From a virus: a stretch of DNA of 64,000 bases. Below the pieces are notes generated by a model that saw nothing but the letters and a program-made list of their open reading frames with translations, was not told the origin of the DNA and did not search any database. The translations under genes and the position numbers were made by a program. Below, one piece after another: positions 55,869-63,503 of the stretch; positions within the stretch are counted from its first letter, which is position 1; the number at the start of each line of letters is the position of its first letter. The stretch lies in IMG/VR virus record IMGVR_UViG_3300047552_000676, positions 6,116-70,115 of that record; one strand, given 5' to 3'.

Positions 55869-56253
55869 AGAAATGCTTCGAACGTTCCTGGATAACCTTC
55901 AAGCTGCCTTCGCTGAGGGCAGTCAGCACATGACCATGTATAAAGACATCGCCTCGATAATGCATGCCGTCACATTCTACTACAGACCGTCTTCCGATCT
56001 CGACGGCGTTGGTGAATTCTTTCAGCGTAGAGAAAGTGAGATCGTACAAAGGCGTACCATCGCAGTCACGCGTGTGTTTGCACACATAGAGGCGGAGCCC
56101 GTTGTCTTCGTAGTAAACTTCCCGATGGATGTCGTACTCTAGGATCTCCACCAGAGCACCAATGGGTATGCTGTGCTTCACCTGCAGATTTTCTTGCCGA
56201 CCGGTCAAGCCTGTCTTGGGATTGACGATGTCTGAAACGAACACTACGCTCAT
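55858..56253 (-). CDS. Hypothetical protein
   Basis: HSIPIGALVE...RDCDGTPLY motif. Confidence 0.6.
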   Translation of the reverse strand: MSVVFVSDIVNPKTGLTGRQENLQVKHSIPIGALVEILEYDIHREVYYEDNGLRLYVCKHTRDCDGTPLYDLTFSTLKEFTNAVEIGRRSVVECDGMHYRGDVFIHGHVLTALSEGSLKVIQERSKHFFGE

Positions 56254-56282
56254 ATCAAGTTCCTTTAACTTGGTGGTGAAAA

Positions 56283-56359
56283 TGGTGGGACCAACAGGGC
56301 TCGAACCTGTGACCGATCGATTATGAGTCGACTGCTCTAACCAACTGAGCTATGGTCCC
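56283..56359 (-). tRNA. tRNA-Ile2(CAT), lysidine type (Met not excluded)
   Basis: GGGACCA acceptor, CGA-CTCATAA-TCG anticodon arm typical of Ile2. Confidence 0.85.
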
Positions 56360-56368
56360 AGAAGACGA

Positions 56369-57040
56369 CTAAGACTTCCGCTTATGGGCGATAGCGAATC
56401 GCCAATTCAGTCCTGAATCGTCTTTGTTAACTTCGTAAGTCCAGTACTTCTGGAGCGAAGTATCCTTTGCTAGGGGAACTACCTCGGTCACTTTCACTTT
56501 GGACCCAGTCTCAGAGAAGTGACAAGCATAGGCGCTGTACCCACGAATCTTGGCTTCGTGAAGCCTACGCTCCCAGAAAGCTTTTCCAGCTTGGCTCTGG
56601 ACGGAGTCAGAGAACCAGTTCTTTCTCTGGGAAAGTTTCCAGAACACATCTGCTACGAAAGTCTGACCTAGAGTTTCTAGCGCCCTCGCGCTACGCCAGA
56701 CTGACCCCTGATATATCGAAAAGGCGTTAAACTGCGAAACGATTTGCGAGTCTACCGCCGAGTCGAAAGTAAACCTCAGAGGGTTTAGGTGCATTAAATA
56801 GTCTAGCTCATTGAGCTGAGTATCTACTGCGTAGAGCCAGAGTCGGTTGTTGGTATCGATGGATACTCGAAATTCAACCCACGAGGCTTGTGGCTGAGGC
56901 GGGGACTGAATGACTTTACTGTTTCTCGTCTGTTCGACGATAAACCTGTGTTGAGATTGCGGGGTCTTCACAATCTCAGGGATGTAATCGGAGGCCCTCA
57001 CCATAGACATGGCGACAAGAGGGGACTTAGAAGTCGTCAA
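56369..57040 (-). CDS. GNAT-like hypothetical protein (paralog of 53568..54155)
   Basis: FSDSVQSQAGKAFW motif. Confidence 0.55.
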   Translation of the reverse strand: MTTSKSPLVAMSMVRASDYIPEIVKTPQSQHRFIVEQTRNSKVIQSPPQPQASWVEFRVSIDTNNRLWLYAVDTQLNELDYLMHLNPLRFTFDSAVDSQIVSQFNAFSIYQGSVWRSARALETLGQTFVADVFWKLSQRKNWFSDSVQSQAGKAFWERRLHEAKIRGYSAYACHFSETGSKVKVTEVVPLAKDTSLQKYWTYEVNKDDSGLNWRFAIAHKRKS

Positions 57041-57282
57041 GGTAGAAGCCTTCTACAGAAGGGATAGAATCCTTCTACAGAAGGTTTCGGGCGACCACTG
57101 CCAGAGCAGCACGCTAGACAAGGACCTACTGCGGTGTAGTCGAGGACTGGATCTCCGTAGACCGGAGCGTACCTCTTTCGTGTCCCGTTGCACTCGTCGC
57201 ACCCTGGAGTGTACTTCTTGCGAACGAAACTATTTACAGCTTTCACTTCAGCTTCAACTTGCTCACGAGTCATCTTGTTCAC
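57037..57282 (-). CDS. Small zinc-ribbon protein
   Basis: CDECNG...CLAC. Confidence 0.5.
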   Translation of the reverse strand: MNKMTREQVEAEVKAVNSFVRKKYTPGCDECNGTRKRYAPVYGDPVLDYTAVGPCLACCSGSGRPKPSVEGFYPFCRRLLP

Positions 57283-57310
57283 TTTTACCTCGACTCCATA
57301 GCTAAGGGGG

Positions 57311-57507
57311 TCACAATGCTAGTTGATGCACTCTACCATGTTTCCTAGAGGGTCCAGCTCTAGGCTGCCATACTACCCAGGTAGATAGGTACGCACCGAG
57401 ATTTTACTTCTTAGTACAGCCACGTCTTGGACACGTGACATAACTCCTGACCGGGAAGTAGGACTGACTCGTTGCGATTTTCGCTCGTGCATCAACTAGC
57501 ACTATGA
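57311..57507 (-). ncRNA. Multibranched ncRNA of about 200 nt, unknown class
   Basis: 21-bp closing stem (57311-57331/57487-57507) enclosing several hairpins; just 3' of tRNA-Ser. Confidence 0.6.
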
Positions 57508-57523
57508 TAAATCAACTAGAGGT

Positions 57524-57613
57524 TGGCGGAAACGGTGAGATTCGAACTCACGAACGAGTTACCTCGTTATCGGTTTTCAAGACCGAGGCATTAAACCACT
57601 CTGCCACGTTTCC
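57524..57613 (-). tRNA. tRNA-Ser(TGA)
   Basis: Type II cloverleaf, G73, CCA. Confidence 0.95.
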
Positions 57614-57709
57614 GTTTTCTACCGCGGTTTCCAACCCTCTCCGAGGTAGGTGTAAAGTGCAAACTGTGCCATGTTTACTTCAGGGTTAGGTTTTACTTTG
57701 CGGTAGTTT

Positions 57710-57738
57710 ATTGTACCACAGATCCCACAAAAATGCAA
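57710..57738 (-). promoter_or_regulatory. Sigma70-type promoter driving the RNA island
   Basis: TTGCAT-17-TACAAT with extended TG; flanks nearly identical to the promoter at 52023-52051. Confidence 0.85.
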
Positions 57739-57748
57739 GGAGTATTTC

Positions 57749-57822
57749 TGGTGCCCTGTGACTGAATCGAACAGTCGGGGGCGGCTTACAAAACCGCTCG
57801 TTTACCACTAACGGAACAGGGC
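57749..57822 (-). tRNA. tRNA-Thr(TGT)
   Basis: Cloverleaf, loop TTTGTAA, CCA. Confidence 0.88.
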
Positions 57823-57856
57823 AGGAAGAGGTTCTGTCCTCTACCCTCGGAGCCTT

Positions 57857-58348
57857 CTAAAATTGTAGTGCAGCGGCGGAAGGCACCATGATGTCGCTAA
57901 ACTTTACAGGACCCTTTCGATTGAGAGTACTGAACATACGCCAGTTCATCTCATGAAGGAAATCCCGGCCAAGAAGCGTATCAATCACTTCTTTGTTCAA
58001 ACACTTTGACATCTCGTCAACGACTGTCTGGTAGACCGGCGACGCTGGATTAACACCCCGATAGATGTGATGCACTTGTTGCTTTGTCAACCTGTCTGGG
58101 TGCTTGATGATGAACCGATACAGCAACAAATCCTTTATGGCTTGGATGCTGCGAGGCTCGATCAGAGCAGGCGTCAGCGTGATCTCCACCATGTCGACTA
58201 CGTCAGTGCGGTCGCTAAGAAAGATCACGCGCTTCCATTTTCCAAAATGAGGCAAGTGCATAAGAACAAGCTCACCTTTGAACAGGCGATTCGCGTGTGT
58301 CACACGATGCCACGTGAGCGGAGGACACTTGGGTTCGATTCTGTTCAT
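57857..58348 (-). CDS. Hypothetical protein
   Basis: 163 aa, overlaps the gyrA stop. Confidence 0.55.
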   Translation of the reverse strand: MNRIEPKCPPLTWHRVTHANRLFKGELVLMHLPHFGKWKRVIFLSDRTDVVDMVEITLTPALIEPRSIQAIKDLLLYRFIIKHPDRLTKQQVHHIYRGVNPASPVYQTVVDEMSKCLNKEVIDTLLGRDFLHEMNWRMFSTLNRKGPVKFSDIMVPSAAALQF

Positions 58349-60282
58349 AGCTTTGCGAAGCCGTCTAGCTGAGATAGCAAGAAAGAAGTTGGTGACTTCT
58401 TGCGCTTCTCAAGCGTAGCCTTGTTTGCTTCGACCTCCTTCTTCTTAGCTTCCAACTCTTTCTGATCCAGCTTACGCAGACTGATGATGGGACGCGAAAG
58501 AACGTACTTGGCTTCCTCCGGAGTACATTTACACTTCTTTGCATACGCCTGATAGACTTCGTCCGTGGACAGCTTGGCGTTCTTCAACAGAGTGACAATG
58601 AAGTCGATCAGATTGACCGCTTGGATAAGCAGATCCAGCCTACGAATCTCCCGGTTGTCCTCTTTGATCCAGTACTCACAGGCTTTACGCTCAAGAGCAA
58701 CTCGCCACACTACCCAGCGGTTGATCATGTCGGTCACAGAGGCTGCAAAGGCTTTCGCTGCACCAAGACCATCCTTGTCGACATATCGCTCAGTGAACGT
58801 CAACACGTAGGACTCTGACGCTGTGAGCACCTTACTGATTGCCTTGACTACTGCGTCTTGCTTGGCAAAGGAAACGCTTTTCTCCAATTGGATAAAAATC
58901 TTGCCGTACTTGTCTTCCTTACCAGAATCGTCACGGGCAGACTTCACTCCCTTGATGGATAGAAGGGCCTCCAACAGCTTGGGGATTTCGGTATCGCGAG
59001 CAAAGGTTTCAACAACGACAGTGGCCTTGTCTTGGTTGACAGACATACCTGACTTGATCACTACCCTACCCTGAGGCGTACTGAAAAGAGCCTTGCGGGC
59101 TTCCTTTTCATCCTTCGTTACAGGCGGAGCTTCCATCCCACCATAAGTTGAGCGAATCTTCAAAAGCTTTTCCAAAGCTTTCGGTTCCGCTGGAGAAACG
59201 AAAGCAATCTTTAGGGCTTCGATCAAAGATTTGCGCGTGAAGATAGGTACGTTAGTAGTGATACCCGGAGCCATACCAAAGCGACCTGTCAGCAAAGCAA
59301 GAGGCAGCAGTGCAGGTAGAACCAGTGGCTCTTTGGTGGAACCATCATAGTTTGGTACGAACTCGATGACCGGAGTGTAGAACTTGTTGAACACAATCTC
59401 GTCAGCAAACTTGCTAAGACGAACCTCGGTGTACCGCATTGCTGCGGCACCCTTTTCGGAGAGCGTTCCCCAATTACCTTCACCCTTGAACATCGGAGTG
59501 TAGCTCCGCGTGTTGGTCATCTTCACCATTGCTTCGTAGCAACTGGAGTTGTGAGCTACGATCAGGGTCCGTTGCCCGTCGCTACGGAGTCCCGTAGAGA
59601 TAAGCATGTTTTCGTAGCCATCTACCGTGAAGTCGTACATCGGCTTGGCTGACGTCTGCCTATTTATTTCGATCTTCGTCACAGATACTACAGGGGCTGG
59701 GATTCTGGTTAGTCCCCCGAACTCTGGCTTAAGTCCACATCCAATAAGATGAGTACCCACCTGTAGACTTTCTGTCTTTAACCAACCATTTTCTGCAGTG
59801 AGAAATTGATGATTGGAAGTAGCCTCCACTTTACTACCATCCGATAGATGGATTTTATACGTTTCGCTAGCTTGCTGCCCAACTCTCCACGAGTGAGCAA
59901 ACGCGTGAACGTAAGCGTTAGTGGACTTGTCATACGCTAAGATCTTTCGTGGCCCTCTACCAACTAGCGAAGAAATCTTTACGAAATTACCAGACAGCAG
60001 ATAGACCTCAGTATCTCCATCCAGGCAATCTCCGTGCGGATGGAATCTACCGAGGGTCTCACCGACTACACGGGCTGACTTCACAGGCTTGCCGTTGTGG
60101 CGTAGACCTAGACCATGGGCAGCCCACAGCAGTCTACGATGCACCGGAGCCATACCATCTGCGTAGTCTGGAAAGGCTCTATCCTCGATAGTAGCCATCG
60201 CGTACTCAAAGTAATTCTTCTTTGCAAAAGGTAGGAGGCCTACCTCTTTAACCCACCCCGTGGATTTGGAATCTTTTGTCAT
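58345..60282 (-). CDS. gyrA: Type IIA topoisomerase subunit A (GyrA/ParC-like, no CTD) containing an intein
   Basis: DGMAPVHRR, KSARVVG, FHPHGD, GNWG, AAMRYTE, PNYDG. Confidence 0.93.
   Translation of the reverse strand: MTKDSKSTGWVKEVGLLPFAKKNYFEYAMATIEDRAFPDYADGMAPVHRRLLWAAHGLGLRHNGKPVKSARVVGETLGRFHPHGDCLDGDTEVYLLSGNFVKISSLVGRGPRKILAYDKSTNAYVHAFAHSWRVGQQASETYKIHLSDGSKVEATSNHQFLTAENGWLKTESLQVGTHLIGCGLKPEFGGLTRIPAPVVSVTKIEINRQTSAKPMYDFTVDGYENMLISTGLRSDGQRTLIVAHNSSCYEAMVKMTNTRSYTPMFKGEGNWGTLSEKGAAAMRYTEVRLSKFADEIVFNKFYTPVIEFVPNYDGSTKEPLVLPALLPLALLTGRFGMAPGITTNVPIFTRKSLIEALKIAFVSPAEPKALEKLLKIRSTYGGMEAPPVTKDEKEARKALFSTPQGRVVIKSGMSVNQDKATVVVETFARDTEIPKLLEALLSIKGVKSARDDSGKEDKYGKIFIQLEKSVSFAKQDAVVKAISKVLTASESYVLTFTERYVDKDGLGAAKAFAASVTDMINRWVVWRVALERKACEYWIKEDNREIRRLDLLIQAVNLIDFIVTLLKNAKLSTDEVYQAYAKKCKCTPEEAKYVLSRPIISLRKLDQKELEAKKKEVEANKATLEKRKKSPTSFLLSQLDGFAKL
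59548..60027 (-). mobile_element. Mini-intein (160 aa, no endonuclease) in gyrA
   Basis: HPHGD|CLDGDT...ATSNH...YDFTV...VAHN|SS. Confidence 0.92.
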
Positions 60283-62180
60283 GACACTCCAAACAGCTTC
60301 TTACGGTAAGAAGTATTTTCGCCAATCAATAGTTCAAACTCTTTCGAGTCTTTCTTGTCAGCTGCAACAAGTTTGTAGAGCTTACGAGTAGCAGGGTCAA
60401 GGGCAACGTGCCACAGGTCTTCTTCGTTGACTTCACCCCAACCTTTCAGGTGACTGATGTCAACGTTCTCTGTCCCAGCCTTCTTGTAGACCTCTTCTTT
60501 GGTTTGAGCAAAGATTACTTTATCGCGATGCCTTGCTTTGTAGCGAGGAGCCTTGACGACGTAGAGGTTTCCGTTCTGAATTAGGTGAGGCAAGAACTTA
60601 TAGAACGCGCCTGACATCAGGACGTTAATATGAGCGCCGTCGACATCCGAGTCGGCAAACAAAATGACCTTGCCGTAGAGTGTTGGCTTCGCGTCCTTAC
60701 CATTTACACCTAACGCTGAAAGAAGGCCAGTGATTTCAGCGTTGTCGTTGATCTTTTCTTTCTTGGCTGTCAACACGTTCATAGGCTTGCCTCGCAACGG
60801 ATAGACAGCTTGGAAGGTCTTGTCTCGCGCACGCTTGAGACCGCCACCTGCGGAGTCACCTTCTACAATCAACAGTTCGCGTTTTTCCACTGGAGTCTTG
60901 CTGCTGGTGATTGCAGCTAACTTGGTAGCAACGCGTCTCGCTGAAGACTTGACGTTCTTGATAAGAGTCTTGTCCTTGCGGAAGTCAGTAGTCCGATCGT
61001 TGAGCAGAGTTGCTCGCTCAATGATCTTGAGCGCGAAGTCTTTGTTCGCCTTCCAAAACTTTTCCCAAGCGGGAACGAGCTCTTCAACCATTGGTCCATG
61101 CACTCGCTCGTCAACAAGCCGATCCTTAGGTTGGTTAGAAAACTTCGGAGCGGCCAGCTTGCAGTTGACGAGGCCGAGAAGGCCATCAGCCACATCAGTC
61201 TTCGTAAAGGGCCACTCCTGTTTGGCTTTCTTCTTGCCTTTGGACTTGACCGGCTTCATGTACTTCTGCAGCGACTTGAACATCGAATCCAGAAGAGCCT
61301 TGAAGTGTTCACCCCCGTCCTTATTGAAAAGCCCGTTGGTATACGACGAGATGTTACAGCCATCTGCATCTGTAAAGGCTACAATGATAGAAGACAGCTT
61401 TGAGTTGTGTTGAAAGACGGGTTCGTCAGCTTTGACATCCATCTCCTGGATGCGTCTATCCAGGTAGTCCAGCAGACCTCGCTCGTGCTTTAACGTAAAG
61501 GTCTTGCCTTTAGCGTTGGTGAACTCGACAACGATACCAGGAACAAGGTACGACGTAAGACTGCACCAAGACTGCAGATCAGGCAGGTTGATCTTGGATT
61601 CTTTCTGGAACAGCGATAGGTCAGGCTCCACATAGATGATGGAGCCTTTGGTGTGCTTGATCCCATGAGGTAGCTTCGGTGGGGATTTTACCTTGTAAGG
61701 CTCCTTGTGTAATCGAGCGTCTTTGTACTCGATGCACCACCACTGCTTGTCTCGGAACGTCCACACGATAAACGACTTCGACATCGCATTGGTAGCCTTG
61801 ATGCCGATGCCGTGAACACCACGACTGATGGTATCCCCGGAAAAGTTTGCCCCAGCATGGGTGAGACCGGTGGTTACGTAGAAGGTTGACAACTTTTCCT
61901 TGTCCCCCTTCTCGGTCATAAAGGTCTTTACACCAACGGGGAACCCTGGACCCTTGTCCAGAATCCAGTATTGGTTAGGCTTATCACCGTAGACAACATG
62001 AACGTAGTCGTTGTCACCGGCGAGAGCTCTATCCACTGCGTTGTCTGCGGGTTCACGAAGGATGGTAAGCAGGCCATCGCTGTCGTTCGGGCCTATGTAG
62101 GGGGTCGGCCTTTTTCGAATACCCAAAAGCCCAGCATATCGCTCGATCGAACTCTCGTCGTATTTTTTCTTTTCTGTCAT
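60279..62180 (-). CDS. gyrB: Type IIA topoisomerase subunit B (GyrB/ParE-like)
   Basis: EPADNAVD, HAGAN, GVHGIG, EGDSAG, PLRGK, DSDVDG, KGWGE. Confidence 0.95.
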   Translation of the reverse strand: MTEKKKYDESSIERYAGLLGIRKRPTPYIGPNDSDGLLTILREPADNAVDRALAGDNDYVHVVYGDKPNQYWILDKGPGFPVGVKTFMTEKGDKEKLSTFYVTTGLTHAGANFSGDTISRGVHGIGIKATNAMSKSFIVWTFRDKQWWCIEYKDARLHKEPYKVKSPPKLPHGIKHTKGSIIYVEPDLSLFQKESKINLPDLQSWCSLTSYLVPGIVVEFTNAKGKTFTLKHERGLLDYLDRRIQEMDVKADEPVFQHNSKLSSIIVAFTDADGCNISSYTNGLFNKDGGEHFKALLDSMFKSLQKYMKPVKSKGKKKAKQEWPFTKTDVADGLLGLVNCKLAAPKFSNQPKDRLVDERVHGPMVEELVPAWEKFWKANKDFALKIIERATLLNDRTTDFRKDKTLIKNVKSSARRVATKLAAITSSKTPVEKRELLIVEGDSAGGGLKRARDKTFQAVYPLRGKPMNVLTAKKEKINDNAEITGLLSALGVNGKDAKPTLYGKVILFADSDVDGAHINVLMSGAFYKFLPHLIQNGNLYVVKAPRYKARHRDKVIFAQTKEEVYKKAGTENVDISHLKGWGEVNEEDLWHVALDPATRKLYKLVAADKKDSKEFELLIGENTSYRKKLFGVS

Positions 62181-62188
62181 GAGCACCC

Positions 62189-62716
62189 TTACAGAGTACC
62201 GATTAAGATACCTGAACTATGAAGAAGATTGCCATAGCCTTCGACGCACACTGAGTAGAAGGCGCGTGGCTCGATCGCTCGTTGCTTGGCTTTCATAACG
62301 CTGATGCTTCCAGGCTTCGTTCTACCCAGGAGGTTCTTGTGAGCGTGCTTCACCCCACCATCTTCGGGGGCAAAGATCTTGTCACCAGCCTTGAGGTCAC
62401 GAGCACGGCAGTACAACAGACCGCTGCTGTCCTTGATTACTGCCCGAGAATCCAGGGGGCTGAGGCCAGTCAAAGGCAACATGGCGTTTAGAGAGCAGTC
62501 CACCTTGTCACCGTTGGCCAGCTGAACAGAGACATATTGAGTGGCGTGTTCAACAAGCCGTGCAGCTTTGGCTTCTACAATGCAGAAGGCATGACCATTC
62601 CACCCGATAGACTCGTAAGTTGCGTTCAGGGACTGATCAAGGTCTTGAAGTTGGGTATTGACCCAATCCCTTTCAGGATTCTTTACAACGATCGGGGTTT
62701 TCCCATCGAAGGCCAT
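62189..62716 (-). CDS. Stand-alone Hint (intein-like) protein lacking splicing residues
   Basis: Aligns by eye with the gyrA intein blocks, but has Ala1, no TxxH and no terminal HN. Confidence 0.75.
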   Translation of the reverse strand: MAFDGKTPIVVKNPERDWVNTQLQDLDQSLNATYESIGWNGHAFCIVEAKAARLVEHATQYVSVQLANGDKVDCSLNAMLPLTGLSPLDSRAVIKDSSGLLYCRARDLKAGDKIFAPEDGGVKHAHKNLLGRTKPGSISVMKAKQRAIEPRAFYSVCVEGYGNLLHSSGILIGTL

Positions 62717-62717
62717 G

Positions 62718-63431
62718 TCAAGTACCTTGATGCAGAAGGATGAAGAAGGAAAGCATCTCTTCGATGGAGGAGGGCTTCAGGTTTTTGATGGGGAACGAAC
62801 GCACAACAGTCTGTGACCAGTTGTCACCGAGTTTATCCTCGAAAGCTAGGTGGATCAGGTTGTCTCCTGACGCAGATTGCTTACGAGTGAATTCCACACG
62901 ACAGGTTGGGGATAGATAAAAGTATTTGGTTACAGGGGACTTCGGGCTCAACCCGAAGTAGAACGAAGGCATGATGCTTTCGTCAGGGACGAACAACAGC
63001 TTGAACATCTTGTAGCCGGTGTTTTCCTTGGTCTTGATCACGGTACGAATACCGTAGCGACCAATCAGTTCTTGCATCTGGCTGATACGCATCTGTATGT
63101 AGCGATCAGCGCCCTGAATTTCTTCAGGATCCAGCATCTTAGAGATGCCGATTAGAATCGAATTGCCGTCGCAGTTCGTTTCGATGCCTTCTTTCGGAAG
63201 TTTAGAAAGAAAGCGGTCACGCATCTGGGGCCAGACGTTAGACCACGGGTGTACGTTAATCTTTACCTTTTTCAGCAGCGTCGATCTCAACAAGTCCAGA
63301 GTCTGGGCCTTGATTCGAAAGACCGTGACCTGATGGTCACGCAAGATATGGTACGACGCTTCGTCGAGGCAAAAGTATTCGCCACGAAATTTCACTAGGT
63401 CCACACTGACAGCAGAAGGATTGGTTGACAC
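62718..63431 (-). CDS. Hypothetical protein
   Basis: 237 aa, GTG start with AGGTG RBS. Confidence 0.6.
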   Translation of the reverse strand: MSTNPSAVSVDLVKFRGEYFCLDEASYHILRDHQVTVFRIKAQTLDLLRSTLLKKVKINVHPWSNVWPQMRDRFLSKLPKEGIETNCDGNSILIGISKMLDPEEIQGADRYIQMRISQMQELIGRYGIRTVIKTKENTGYKMFKLLFVPDESIMPSFYFGLSPKSPVTKYFYLSPTCRVEFTRKQSASGDNLIHLAFEDKLGDNWSQTVVRSFPIKNLKPSSIEEMLSFFILLHQGT

Positions 63432-63503
63432 AGGTCACCTGAGTTAAAAGAGTAAAGGAAAATGGGATTGGTCGCTCATACCAACCAACCCCAATTGAAT
63501 CAT

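Noticed and set aside
53188-57507. Retron msr/msd or group I intron as explanation for the long-stem RNAs
   Set aside because: No reverse transcriptase lies in the window and no host gene is interrupted; only short UAGUC-like matches were seen.
62189-62716. Half of a split intein
   Set aside because: It contains both N- and C-terminal Hint blocks in one chain, has no extein and lacks the terminal nucleophiles.
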